Below are positions 53,938 to 63,554 of a DNA stretch of 64,000 bases, piece by piece. Below the pieces are notes generated by a model that did no database searches, had not been told where the DNA came from, and saw only the letters and a program-made list of their open reading frames with translations. The stretch spans positions 384,001-448,000 of the forward strand of contig CBDCTA010000029.1 of the NCBI GenBank assembly GCA_965221955.1, read 5' to 3'. The position numbers and the translations under genes were made by a program. Origin of the DNA: Gammaproteobacteria bacterium (GTDB lineage Bacteria > Pseudomonadota > Gammaproteobacteria > UBA4575). Each line of letters opens with the position of its first letter. Position 1 is the first letter of the stretch.

Positions 53938-55886
53938 TGTGAAATTCCTTTGGAAACATTATTTTTATGATTAACTATAAATTTACGGGTTTTATTTATT
54001 GAATGAGTATATCTTCCGTATTTATTAATTTTTTGCAAATTATTGACCTCGTTTAATGCATTATCGTAGTCATTATTGATAGCTAATAAATTTGCTAACT
54101 CAAGCTTATATATTATTCTTGATGGACTTTCTATTGATGCTTCTCTCATAAGGTTGATTGCAGTTTCTATATCATTTAATACGGATCTAAAATAACCTGA
54201 CATCATTGCCAGAACTTGCGCTTTATTTTTGCCCTTAAGTGTACTGTTTGATAATGCTATATACATGATATCTAAATAATCATTAGTGGTAATAATGCAT
54301 TTATTATGCATTATAAGCTTTGTAAATAATGTGAGGGCATTTACTGGCTCAGCTGTAAGTTTTGTCGTTTTAGTCTTGTATTTTATGATTTCTAATTCAT
54401 GTTTAGGAATTTCTTTATTATGCACACAAGAAAAAATGTTTATTGCAAGGGTGGGAGTGATTGTATTTGGTTGGAGTATCTCAGCATTTTCGTAATAGAT
54501 GATTCCTTCTCTATATAATTCATTCTTAGCTTTTATGTCCTCGGTATGATTATAAACGGATTGAAACACAGAGCCCATAATCATATTGGCGCGAGAAGAG
54601 TTAGGATGACGCTCCACATCAAATAACGCGAGTGTATATTCATTTTTCCACTGTGAAGCGCGCATAAAAGTTACTGTTGAGAGAGCTGAAACCCAAAGTA
54701 TCATTAGAAAATAAATATAACGTAATTTATTATTTGAGCTGGATAATTTAACAATCAATAAAACTAATGCAATTAAGATTCCAAAAGAGGGTAAATAATT
54801 TCTATGCTCAAATCTGAGTTCAAGTGGGAATATTGTAGATTCTAAAGCATGGCCTGCCAAGAACCACGAAATTCCAAAGCCAATGTATGGATGTCGTTGA
54901 TATGTGAGAATTGATACAAATATCAATGATAGTAAAAATATAATTGAAAGCAGTGTGCTTGACGGGTTGAATAATGATTTTGAAATATCAACTTCTTCTT
55001 TGATTAGCCCTAAATCAAATATATTAGGAATTATAATTGCTCTTAAATATTCAGTAATAATTCTTGGTTCAGTTAATAGTCTTTCTGTAAGAGTAAAATC
55101 TCGTATACTGTAATTTAGAAATCTTTCTGGCTGATAGAGCAAGTAACTAAAAAAGAATAGAGCAGGTAGGGCAACTATGAAAAAGTAGAATCCATATAGA
55201 TTTTTAACATCTTGCTTAGAAAAACATTTGAATCTGTATGCAAATAATTCTATACAAAATAAATAGAGGGGTATAAGCACCCCAATTTCTTTACTTAGGG
55301 TAGATAAAATTACAAGGATTAAAATTGGTATAAAATAAAACCACCTACTTTTTTTTTGCAGCATTTTTTGTCTTAGTATGCAGTAGGAAATTATTGCTAG
55401 TATCGAAAATAAGCTGGCTAAACTCGTCATTCTTTGTACTATATATAAGACGCTGGTGAGCTGAAGAGGATGTGTTAACCACATGGCCCCAACTAGTAAA
55501 CTAATAAGATTGATTTTTGCTTTTTCATCCTTGCTAAACCAATTTTGTATAATTAGTCTGGTTAAAATTGTAATTCCAATTCCGCATGAAATATGGATGA
55601 CAAGATTTGTGAGTTTCATTGGTCCAGGATTGAGACCAGTGAAATATGTATTTAGTGAAAAAGATAATATTGATAGTGGACGCTTAAATAACCCGCTTAC
55701 CCCGCTCCAAGCGCTATCCCACATAGCCATAGGATGTAGCGAATCTAGATGAAGCCTTAGGTTGTTAACGATATTTGGATAGTCGTCAAAGTGAAAATTA
55801 CCGTTAAGGCCAGGAAAATAGATTCCAATTGTCACTAAACACAGTGTCGAAAGTGATAGGAAAAATATTCGATTTGAAATAGCCAT
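53934..55886 (-). CDS. GT-C-type polytopic membrane protein (TMTC/TfpW-like) with C-terminal TPR-like helices; candidate pilin glycosyltransferase
   Basis: First-loop FHFDD..NI, RPL, N...H, HP...V.YI.QR, SKE and EHRNYLPS motifs. Immediately downstream of pilA. Confidence 0.72.
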   Translation of the reverse strand: MAISNRIFFLSLSTLCLVTIGIYFPGLNGNFHFDDYPNIVNNLRLHLDSLHPMAMWDSAWSGVSGLFKRPLSILSFSLNTYFTGLNPGPMKLTNLVIHISCGIGITILTRLIIQNWFSKDEKAKINLISLLVGAMWLTHPLQLTSVLYIVQRMTSLASLFSILAIISYCILRQKMLQKKSRWFYFIPILILVILSTLSKEIGVLIPLYLFCIELFAYRFKCFSKQDVKNLYGFYFFIVALPALFFFSYLLYQPERFLNYSIRDFTLTERLLTEPRIITEYLRAIIIPNIFDLGLIKEEVDISKSLFNPSSTLLSIIFLLSLIFVSILTYQRHPYIGFGISWFLAGHALESTIFPLELRFEHRNYLPSFGILIALVLLIVKLSSSNNKLRYIYFLMILWVSALSTVTFMRASQWKNEYTLALFDVERHPNSSRANMIMGSVFQSVYNHTEDIKAKNELYREGIIYYENAEILQPNTITPTLAINIFSCVHNKEIPKHELEIIKYKTKTTKLTAEPVNALTLFTKLIMHNKCIITTNDYLDIMYIALSNSTLKGKNKAQVLAMMSGYFRSVLNDIETAINLMREASIESPSRIIYKLELANLLAINNDYDNALNEVNNLQKINKYGRYTHSINKTRKFIVNHKNNVSKGISH

Positions 55887-55892
55887 TTAGGT

Positions 55893-55928
55893 AAAAAAAA
55901 ACGCCCTACGATATCGCAGGGCGTTTTT
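55893..55928 (-). terminator. Intrinsic terminator after pilA
   Basis: Inverted repeat AAAAACGCCCT...AGGGCGTTTTT, followed on the minus strand by a T9 run (A run 55893-55901). Confidence 0.8.
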
Positions 55929-55960
55929 CATATAAAATATAGTACAGTTAAACTATACTT

Positions 55961-56416
55961 TTATGTTCTGCAGTCTGCAGGTAAGTACTTGTTAGGAATT
56001 GCTGTGCCGCCTGAAGGTCGACAATCCCAGTCCATTGCTGCACCAGTTTCGGTACCAAGCAACTCTAGTTCTTGGTTGTTAGCAGTTGTGCCGCCCAAAT
56101 CCTTAATTGTGACACGTATAGTAGCTGTTGCAGGTGGTCCAGCAGTAGTAGCTTGTAAAACAACTGAATTTACATATTTAGTGTCAACGTCAGCTGAGAA
56201 ACCAGCTTCGGCTTCGTCATTCGGCATAACACCATTTGACATGAAAAATTCAGATACTGAAGTTTTCGCAGGGCTAGCAGCTAAAACAGCTTCAGATACT
56301 TTTGCACGAATAGTATAGTCTTGATATGCAGGGATCGCGATCGCTGCAAGAATACCAATGATCGCAACTACTATCATGAGTTCGATTAAGGTAAAACCTT
56401 GTTGTGTTTTTTTCAT
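55961..56416 (-). CDS. pilA: Type IVa major pilin
   Basis: Leader MKKTQQG|[27 protein letters not shown] and C-terminal disulfide D-region (WDC...KYLPADC). Confidence 0.96.
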   Translation of the reverse strand: MKKTQQGFTLIELMIVVAIIGILAAIAIPAYQDYTIRAKVSEAVLAASPAKTSVSEFFMSNGVMPNDEAEAGFSADVDTKYVNSVVLQATTAGPPATATIRVTIKDLGGTTANNQELELLGTETGAAMDWDCRPSGGTAIPNKYLPADCRT

Positions 56417-56548
56417 GGGGAATCTCCTATCCTCATATAATTAAAAATTAAGTTGAACGTTAAATTTCCAGCTGTCCTTGCTAAAAGTCTTTAACGACTC
56501 CAACTCCGGAAATACTGGTGATCGACATAGCGACCTTGCTTAAATATA

Positions 56549-56565
56549 TACAGATATCATGCCAA
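56549..56565 (-). promoter_or_regulatory. Putative sigma54 (-24/-12) promoter of pilA
   Basis: The minus strand reads TTGGCATGATATCTGTA (GG-N10-GT; the -12 element is non-canonical), upstream of pilA next to pilR. Confidence 0.55.
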
Positions 56566-56682
56566 AATAGCTTGGCTTAGATAACTCTAATAAAAACAGT
56601 ATGTTTGATTTAACGCTTCATTCCAGGGGTTAGTTGATAGGCGGCAAATCCTGACGATTGGCTGGGCTTCAGTGTTCAAGAG

Positions 56683-56697
56683 TGACAAATTTTGTCA
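56683..56697. promoter_or_regulatory. Putative PilR upstream activating site
   Basis: Palindrome TGACA-AATTT-TGTCA about 120 bp upstream of the sigma54 motif. Confidence 0.5.
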
Positions 56698-56712
56698 GTT
56701 TGATGTGAGATA

Positions 56713-58074
56713 TTATTCTAATTCAAGTTTTTGCAGGCGATACCGCAGCTGTCTAAACGTAATTCCTAACAACTTTGCTGCAGCAGTTTTATTCCACCGT
56801 GTTTGCTCAAGTGCAGCAACGATAGCCTTTCTTTCTTTTTGAATTAGGTAGTCTTCTAACTGGTCAACAGAAAGGGAAATTGAAGATTCATCTGGGTTGT
56901 TTGCATCCGATTGTGCGGTGGACTCAATATTAGGCAAATCAATATCATTTGCGTTAATTTCGTGTCCATCACACAAGGTGGCAGCACGTTCTAAAATGTT
57001 CTCTAGTTCTCGTATATTTCCTGGAAATGCATAGGCTTGAAGTTTTTCAACCGCTTCTTCAGAAAGACTATAAGAATTCCCATTGCTAGAAGAAATTCGA
57101 TTTAACATGAAGTTCGCAAGAATGGGTAAATCTGTGATTCGTTCGCGTAATGGAGGTATGCTCAATTCAATAACGTTGATTCGATAATATAAATCTTGTC
57201 GAAAATTTCCAGCCTCAACCTCTGTTGCAAGGTCTTTGTGAGTTGCGCTAAGTAGACGAATATCGACGGGAATTTCTTTTTGAACACCAACAGGTTTAAT
57301 CGCTTTTTCTTGGATAGCACGTAGTAACTTAACTTGCATATGAATTGGTAGTTCTGCAATTTCATCTAAAAACAGAGTTCCTCCATTTGCCGCTTGGAAT
57401 AGTCCTTCTTTATCACTTACCGCACCAGTAAAACTCCCTTTAATATGCCCAAAAAATTCGCTTTCCATGAGTTCAGTTGGAATCGCACCGCAGTTAACGG
57501 GAACAAAATTCGCATTTGCGCGTGGACCTTGTTGATGGATTTGTGTTGCGACTAATTCTTTGCCAACTCCAGATTCTCCCCGTAAATAAACGGGCGCCTG
57601 GCTACGTGCTAACTTATCAATTTTTTGTCGTAACTCAAGCATTGCTTCAGATTCGCCAAGCAATTTTTGTGACTGTTTGCTTGTGCCATCACTCGATATG
57701 TCAATTGGCGTGCTCGAAACTTTTAATGCGCTATCGACAAGTCCGCGTAACATGTTTAAGTCAATCGGCTTAGACACAAAATCAAATGCGCCTGCTTTTA
57801 AGGCCTTAATGGCCGTTTCCATACTGCCAAAAGCGGTAATTACGGCGACTGGTATGTGTGGGAATTGAGTTTGTATATGCTCAACGAGTTCAATGCCGGT
57901 ACCATCTGGCAGCTTCATGTCTGTGAGGCATAAATCGAATGATTGATTATCAAGTAATGTTTTTGCTTCTCTCACATTCGCAGCAGCATGCGAATCTAAG
58001 TTCATGCGACTCAGAGTTATTTCTAGTAATTCTCGAATATCAGGCTCGTCATCAACGACTAATATATTTTTCAA
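56713..58074 (-). CDS. pilR: Sigma54-dependent response regulator PilR
   Basis: Receiver domain (VVDDE, D.KLPD), AAA+ domain (GESGVGKE, GSFTGA, GGTLFLDE, FRQDLYYR, PGNIREL) and Fis-type HTH. Adjacent to pilA. Confidence 0.92.
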   Translation of the reverse strand: MKNILVVDDEPDIRELLEITLSRMNLDSHAAANVREAKTLLDNQSFDLCLTDMKLPDGTGIELVEHIQTQFPHIPVAVITAFGSMETAIKALKAGAFDFVSKPIDLNMLRGLVDSALKVSSTPIDISSDGTSKQSQKLLGESEAMLELRQKIDKLARSQAPVYLRGESGVGKELVATQIHQQGPRANANFVPVNCGAIPTELMESEFFGHIKGSFTGAVSDKEGLFQAANGGTLFLDEIAELPIHMQVKLLRAIQEKAIKPVGVQKEIPVDIRLLSATHKDLATEVEAGNFRQDLYYRINVIELSIPPLRERITDLPILANFMLNRISSSNGNSYSLSEEAVEKLQAYAFPGNIRELENILERAATLCDGHEINANDIDLPNIESTAQSDANNPDESSISLSVDQLEDYLIQKERKAIVAALEQTRWNKTAAAKLLGITFRQLRYRLQKLELE

Positions 58075-59711
58075 GACTCAGATTCTCCTGCTTGATTAGA
58101 AGCTAAATTGACATCTGCAGGGAATTCTATTCTGAAGCAGTTGCCACCATCAGGCATAGTAATATAACGTAAATCCCCACCATTATTTTTACATAATTCT
58201 CTTGAAAGGTATAAACCGAGGCCTGTACCAGTATCACTGGTAGTGAAAAAAGGCTCAAACAATTGATTTTGATGTTCGATATCTATGCCTGGTCCATTAT
58301 CAATTACATCCAAGTAAGATTGAGAGTCAGCTTGATTTGCAATTGCGGATAGTTGTAGGCGAAACTCCCCATCATTGTTTCCATATTTTTTTGCATTTTT
58401 ACATAAGTTCCATAGCACTTGGTGTAAGTTATTTGGATCCATCATGATATTTGCCTCTGGAGGAGAAATTTTTAACGATACCCAATCATCATGTAGATCA
58501 TTAATGCGAGCAAACTCTTCGATAAATTTTCTAAGCCATTGGCTCAATTCAATTTTTTCTGGTTTAGGTTTCTCACGTCGAGATAAACGTAAGACATTAT
58601 TAATTATGGTATTCAAACGAATAGACTGGTCTTGAATAATCGTAGCAAGCCGTCTATCCGCTTTACGTAATTCGGATGATTCGTCTAGCAATTGAGCAGC
58701 ATGACTGATCGCGCCAAGTGGATTTCTAATTTCATGTGCAATACTCGCAGTAAGTCTTCCTAGAGAAGCCAATTTAGTTTCCTGTACTTGTTTGTCGACT
58801 TCAGTATTGTCGTTTATGTAAATAACCGAGCCACGATCATGTTTACGCAATCCCACCGGTACAATACGCACTTGTAAGTCTGCTAAGTTAGGGCGTTTAA
58901 GTTTACCTAAATGATTTCTAAACTCTGGGCTATTGGAAGCTTTCTTCCATGATTTGTATAAATCAAATAACGGTACTGAAATATCTAAAAGCTTAGTTTG
59001 GTTATTAATTTCTGGTTGATCTAATAATTTCCATGCGGCATGGTTATGCATACGAATAGTACTATCATCGTCAACCACCATAATTCCAGCATCCATTCGA
59101 TTGATTAAGTGCTCATTAAGTTTTGCTAAATTGGCTAAATCAATGCCTCGTTGTGCTGCAAGTTTTGCGCTTTCACTTGCACGATGTGCAAGAGTGATGG
59201 CTAATAAAGCAGTCGCAAAAAGAGCGGCACCCAGAAGACCAGCCTGCGTATACGCAGTTTTTTCAAATAACCCATGTAAATTTGCATAGATCTCATGGCC
59301 AAGAATCGCAAGTGTGGCGAGAGCAGCAAACAAAAGAGCAGTTCGGCCAGGTAAAAGCAGGCTACCACCTGCAACTACCGCAATCATTAAAGTGCCAAAA
59401 CCACTAGTTACACCTCCATATAAATTCATGAATGCAACAATAGCTATAATATCTATAACAATTGAGGCATAAACTTGTAACTTGTATGGCATCCACCTGA
59501 AATATGCGCAAATGAGCGCGAAGATAGAAAAAAGAAAATAACAACCACTGACCCATTTCAGTAATTCGGGATTTAATGAGGCAAGAAATTTTGATTTATT
59601 TATAAAGAGGCTGAGACTGAAAAAAATAATGGCTACGCCAATACGATAAAGAGAAAATAACCGGAGTGCAGGCCACTGTTGAATAGTTTTTTCTTCTTGG
59701 GAGACATTCAT
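58071..59711 (-). CDS. pilS: Sensor histidine kinase PilS
   Basis: About six N-terminal TM helices, LASLGRLTASIAHEIRNPL H-box, and NL..NA, DNGPG, FEPFFTT and GTGLGL boxes. Confidence 0.92.
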   Translation of the reverse strand: MNVSQEEKTIQQWPALRLFSLYRIGVAIIFFSLSLFINKSKFLASLNPELLKWVSGCYFLFSIFALICAYFRWMPYKLQVYASIVIDIIAIVAFMNLYGGVTSGFGTLMIAVVAGGSLLLPGRTALLFAALATLAILGHEIYANLHGLFEKTAYTQAGLLGAALFATALLAITLAHRASESAKLAAQRGIDLANLAKLNEHLINRMDAGIMVVDDDSTIRMHNHAAWKLLDQPEINNQTKLLDISVPLFDLYKSWKKASNSPEFRNHLGKLKRPNLADLQVRIVPVGLRKHDRGSVIYINDNTEVDKQVQETKLASLGRLTASIAHEIRNPLGAISHAAQLLDESSELRKADRRLATIIQDQSIRLNTIINNVLRLSRREKPKPEKIELSQWLRKFIEEFARINDLHDDWVSLKISPPEANIMMDPNNLHQVLWNLCKNAKKYGNNDGEFRLQLSAIANQADSQSYLDVIDNGPGIDIEHQNQLFEPFFTTSDTGTGLGLYLSRELCKNNGGDLRYITMPDGGNCFRIEFPADVNLASNQAGESES

Positions 59712-59847
59712 CGCAGAATTAAATTAATTCACTCAGTGAATACAATTACTCATAGTTGATAAATCAAGCATACATCAGGTTTATTTGTATATGTGCTTAA
59801 ATTCCCCAGTATAATGAGGCAGTACAAAATAAGCATACACGTTAGAT

Positions 59848-61029
59848 ATGAATATACATGAATACCAGGCCAAAGCCTTATTTGTAGAAAATCAAATTCC
59901 CATCTTATCTTCACATTTGATTAAGTTAGGTGACGATGTGCAGTCTATCTGCGATGCAATTAAGCATCAATCCTGGATTGTGAAAGCACAAGTACATGCT
60001 GGAGGCCGTGGAAAAGCAGGTGGGATTAAGGTTGTTCAAGAACCTGATGAGCTCGCGAATACAGTTATTAAGATGTTAGGTACTTCTCTCATCACAAAAC
60101 AAACGGGTGATGTCGGTCTACCTATTAATTCAGTGTTACTTGAAGAAGTAACTTCAATTGAGCGTGAGTTCTATTTGGCTTTGTTGATTGATCGTGCCAG
60201 CAAACAACTTGCCTTAATAGCTTCGTCTGAAGGTGGTATGGATATCGAAGAAGTTGCTAAAAATTCTCCTGAAAAAATAATCACACATAATATCCATCCA
60301 GCGGCAGGTCTTCAGCAAAATCAAATACGAGATATCGCTTATGCGTTGCATTTAGGTAGCGCTCAAATGAAACAACTGTCTAATATTTTAAAAAATCTTG
60401 TTAAATTGTTTTTGGATAATGATTGTAGTTTAGTTGAAATTAATCCTTTAATTATAAATTCTAAAGGTGCCCTCATTGCTCTAGATGCAAAAATTAATCT
60501 AGATGATAACGCTTTATTTCGTCATCCGTCATTACAATCTTTTTATGATGAAACACAACAAAATCAAGTTGAAGCAACAGCAAAACAACTTGGACTGAAT
60601 TATATAAAACTTGACGGTAATATAGGTTGTATTGTCAATGGTGCAGGTTTAGCTATGGCAACAATGGATTTAGTTAAACATCATGGTGGCGAGCCAGCAA
60701 ACTTTCTAGACGTTGGGGGCGGCACAACCCAAGGGAAAGTTTCAGAGGCATTCAAGTTAGTCTCTAGTGATCCTTCGGTAAAGTCGATATTTGTAAATAT
60801 ATTTGGTGGCATCGTTCGATGTGACTTGATTGCACAAGGAATATTAGATGCTCTGAAAGAAATAGACGAGAATGATATTACTTTTGATATCCCTGTAGTT
60901 GTGCTTTTGCAAGGTACAAACGCTGTTGAAGGCAAAAAGTTACTAGAAAATAAATTGAATAGAATAATTCCTGTTGACAACCTCGCTGAAGGTGCGCAAC
61001 AAGCTATTTATTACGCCTCAGCCAAATAA
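59848..61029 (+). CDS. sucC: Succinyl-CoA synthetase beta subunit
   Basis: [39 protein letters not shown] and [10 protein letters not shown] motifs. Confidence 0.96.
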   Translation: MNIHEYQAKALFVENQIPILSSHLIKLGDDVQSICDAIKHQSWIVKAQVHAGGRGKAGGIKVVQEPDELANTVIKMLGTSLITKQTGDVGLPINSVLLEEVTSIEREFYLALLIDRASKQLALIASSEGGMDIEEVAKNSPEKIITHNIHPAAGLQQNQIRDIAYALHLGSAQMKQLSNILKNLVKLFLDNDCSLVEINPLIINSKGALIALDAKINLDDNALFRHPSLQSFYDETQQNQVEATAKQLGLNYIKLDGNIGCIVNGAGLAMATMDLVKHHGGEPANFLDVGGGTTQGKVSEAFKLVSSDPSVKSIFVNIFGGIVRCDLIAQGILDALKEIDENDITFDIPVVVLLQGTNAVEGKKLLENKLNRIIPVDNLAEGAQQAIYYASAK

Positions 61030-61033
61030 TTTT

Positions 61034-61906
61034 ATGAGCATACTCGTTAATAAAAATACTAAGGTGCTTTGTCAAGGTTTGACAGGTAAACAAGGCAGTT
61101 TTCATACTCAGCAAGCATTAGATTATGGAACTCAAGTCGTGGCAGGTGTAACACCTGGGAAAGGTGGAACGTCATCGTTAGGTATACCTGTTTATGACAC
61201 AGTAAGTATTGCGCAAGCAAATCATCATATTGATGCGAGTGTGATTTATGTACCTGCAGCTTTTGCAGCAGACGCTATTTTAGAATCAGTTAATGCAGAA
61301 ATTAAACTTATTATTTGTATAACTGAAGGTATACCTGTTTTAGACATGGTTAAAGTGAACGCGGTATTAAATGATGGTACTTCGTTACTAATTGGTCCAA
61401 ATTGTCCGGGAATCATCACACCAAATGAATGCAAGATAGGGATCATGCCAGGCGATATCCATCGTTCTGGAAAAGTAGGTATTGTCTCACGTTCAGGAAC
61501 GCTTACGTATGTAGCTGTTAATCAAACCACTCAACAAGGATTAGGGCAATCAACATGTATAGGTATCGGAGGTGATCCGATTCATGGTTTAGATTTTATT
61601 GATTGTTTACAGATGTTTGAGGAAGATGAAGATACCGATGGAGTTATTATGGTAGGTGAAATAGGGGGAACTGCTGAAGAGCAAGCGGCGGAATATATTC
61701 AACAAAACGTCTCTAAGCCTATTGTTGCATATATTGCGGGTGTAACTGCACCTCCTGGTAAGCGCATGGGACATGCGGGAGCGATTATTAGTGGTGGTAA
61801 GGGCGCAGCAGAACAAAAATACCAAGCTCTAGATAAGGTGGGCGTGGTAACAGTGAGAACGCCTGCTGAGATCGGCAAACAAATGAGCAAGTTGTTAACA
61901 GCTTAA
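61034..61906 (+). CDS. sucD: Succinyl-CoA synthetase alpha subunit
   Basis: [32 protein letters not shown] and RMGHAGA motifs. Start ATG 61034. Confidence 0.96.
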   Translation: MSILVNKNTKVLCQGLTGKQGSFHTQQALDYGTQVVAGVTPGKGGTSSLGIPVYDTVSIAQANHHIDASVIYVPAAFAADAILESVNAEIKLIICITEGIPVLDMVKVNAVLNDGTSLLIGPNCPGIITPNECKIGIMPGDIHRSGKVGIVSRSGTLTYVAVNQTTQQGLGQSTCIGIGGDPIHGLDFIDCLQMFEEDEDTDGVIMVGEIGGTAEEQAAEYIQQNVSKPIVAYIAGVTAPPGKRMGHAGAIISGGKGAAEQKYQALDKVGVVTVRTPAEIGKQMSKLLTA

Positions 61907-61924
61907 TTTAAAGTTCATTATTCT

Positions 61925-63553
61925 ATGAAAGAAGTTCTAAATATTTCTTTGGCTCAGCTGAATTTTTTGGTTGGCGATGTAGAAGGTAATGCAGTACAAA
62001 TTATTAATGCTGCTTTGCATGCGCGAGACCAGAATTCGTCCGATATTATTGTATTTTCAGAGTTAGCAATAACGGGATATCCGCTTGAAGACTTATTATT
62101 TCGCTCATCATTGATAGAGCATGTGCAAAGTGCAATTCAAAAAATTCAAAATGAAGTTAATGATATCTATATTTTGTTTGGTGCGCCTGTAAAGAAAGAT
62201 GAAGAACTGTTTAATTCAGCAATCCTAATTTATAACTCAAAAATTATCGCTACTTATCATAAGCATCAATTGCCAAATTATGAGGTATTTGATGAAAAGC
62301 GCTACTTTAGTGCTGGAAGTTCAGCGTGTGTTACAAATATCAAAGGTGTAAATGTCGGAATAACTATATGTGAAGACATATGGTTTGCCGAACCGATACA
62401 AAAAAGCAAACTAGCAGGTGCAGAATTGATTATTAATATCAATGCTAGTCCCTATCAAGTTGATAAAATAAGAAAGCGTATAAAAGTCTTAGAGCAACGT
62501 ATCCAAGAACAAAGCATCCCAATTGTTTATATAAATCAGGTAGGAGGGCAAGACGAACTCGTTTTTGACGGTGAATCATTATGCTTAGATAAAAAAGGAG
62601 AGCTTTGCTTGCAAGCTCCAGCATTTGAAACCGGAATTTTCAATATTCAATACTCCATAGCTGAGCATGACTTGGTAAAAAGTGAATGTATCAATGATAA
62701 TCTAAATAAACACGCTTCCATTTATCAAGCACTAGTTTTGGGTGTTAAGGACTATGTGAAAAAAAATTCTTTTCAAGGAGTTGTGCTAGGTTTATCAGGA
62801 GGGATTGACTCTGCATTAACATTAACTATAGCGGTGGATGCATTAGGAGCTGAAAATGTACACGCAGTGATGATGCCATTTCGCTATACATCGAATATGA
62901 GCATAGAAGATGCACGTAAACTGGCTTCTGCGATGAATGTCCAGCTAGATGAAATCCCAATCGAACAATCTTTTAATGCATTAAATAACAGCCTTGATCC
63001 TATTTTTAAAGATTTGCCTGCTGGTGTTACAGAAGAGAATATTCAATCGCGAATTCGTGGTGTATTACTTATGGCAATATCAAACAAATTGGGCAATATG
63101 TTGCTGACAACAGGTAATAAAAGTGAAATGTCTGTGGGTTATGCGACACTTTATGGTGATATGGCAGGTGGCTTCGCGCCATTAAAAGATGTTTCTAAAA
63201 CTTTGGTGTATGAACTCGCTAATTACAGGAACAGCATTAGTGATGTTATTCCCGAGCGTATCATTACTCGTGAGCCATCCGCAGAACTTGCGCCAGATCA
63301 GGTGGATCAAGACAGCTTACCTCCCTATGAAATACTCGATCCCATTCTTGAAAAATTTGTTGAGCAAGATTATACGTTTGCTGAAATTGTAGCGGATGGG
63401 TATGAAGAACAAGTGGTACGGAAAGTAATTAGCATGGTGTTGCGTAATGAATATAAAAGGCGACAAGCACCACCAGGTGTGAAAATAACTTCGCGAGCTT
63501 ACGGTAAAGATCGACGCTACCCTATAACATCAGGTTTTTTAAAGAATATTTAA
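61925..63553 (+). CDS. nadE: Glutamine-dependent NAD+ synthetase
   Basis: Nitrilase domain (EL..TGYP.ED, K..LPNY.VFDE.RYF, ICED.W) plus synthetase domain (GLSGGIDS, ENIQSR, TGNKSE, PSAEL). Confidence 0.95.
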   Translation: MKEVLNISLAQLNFLVGDVEGNAVQIINAALHARDQNSSDIIVFSELAITGYPLEDLLFRSSLIEHVQSAIQKIQNEVNDIYILFGAPVKKDEELFNSAILIYNSKIIATYHKHQLPNYEVFDEKRYFSAGSSACVTNIKGVNVGITICEDIWFAEPIQKSKLAGAELIININASPYQVDKIRKRIKVLEQRIQEQSIPIVYINQVGGQDELVFDGESLCLDKKGELCLQAPAFETGIFNIQYSIAEHDLVKSECINDNLNKHASIYQALVLGVKDYVKKNSFQGVVLGLSGGIDSALTLTIAVDALGAENVHAVMMPFRYTSNMSIEDARKLASAMNVQLDEIPIEQSFNALNNSLDPIFKDLPAGVTEENIQSRIRGVLLMAISNKLGNMLLTTGNKSEMSVGYATLYGDMAGGFAPLKDVSKTLVYELANYRNSISDVIPERIITREPSAELAPDQVDQDSLPPYEILDPILEKFVEQDYTFAEIVADGYEEQVVRKVISMVLRNEYKRRQAPPGVKITSRAYGKDRRYPITSGFLKNI

Positions 63554-63554
63554 C

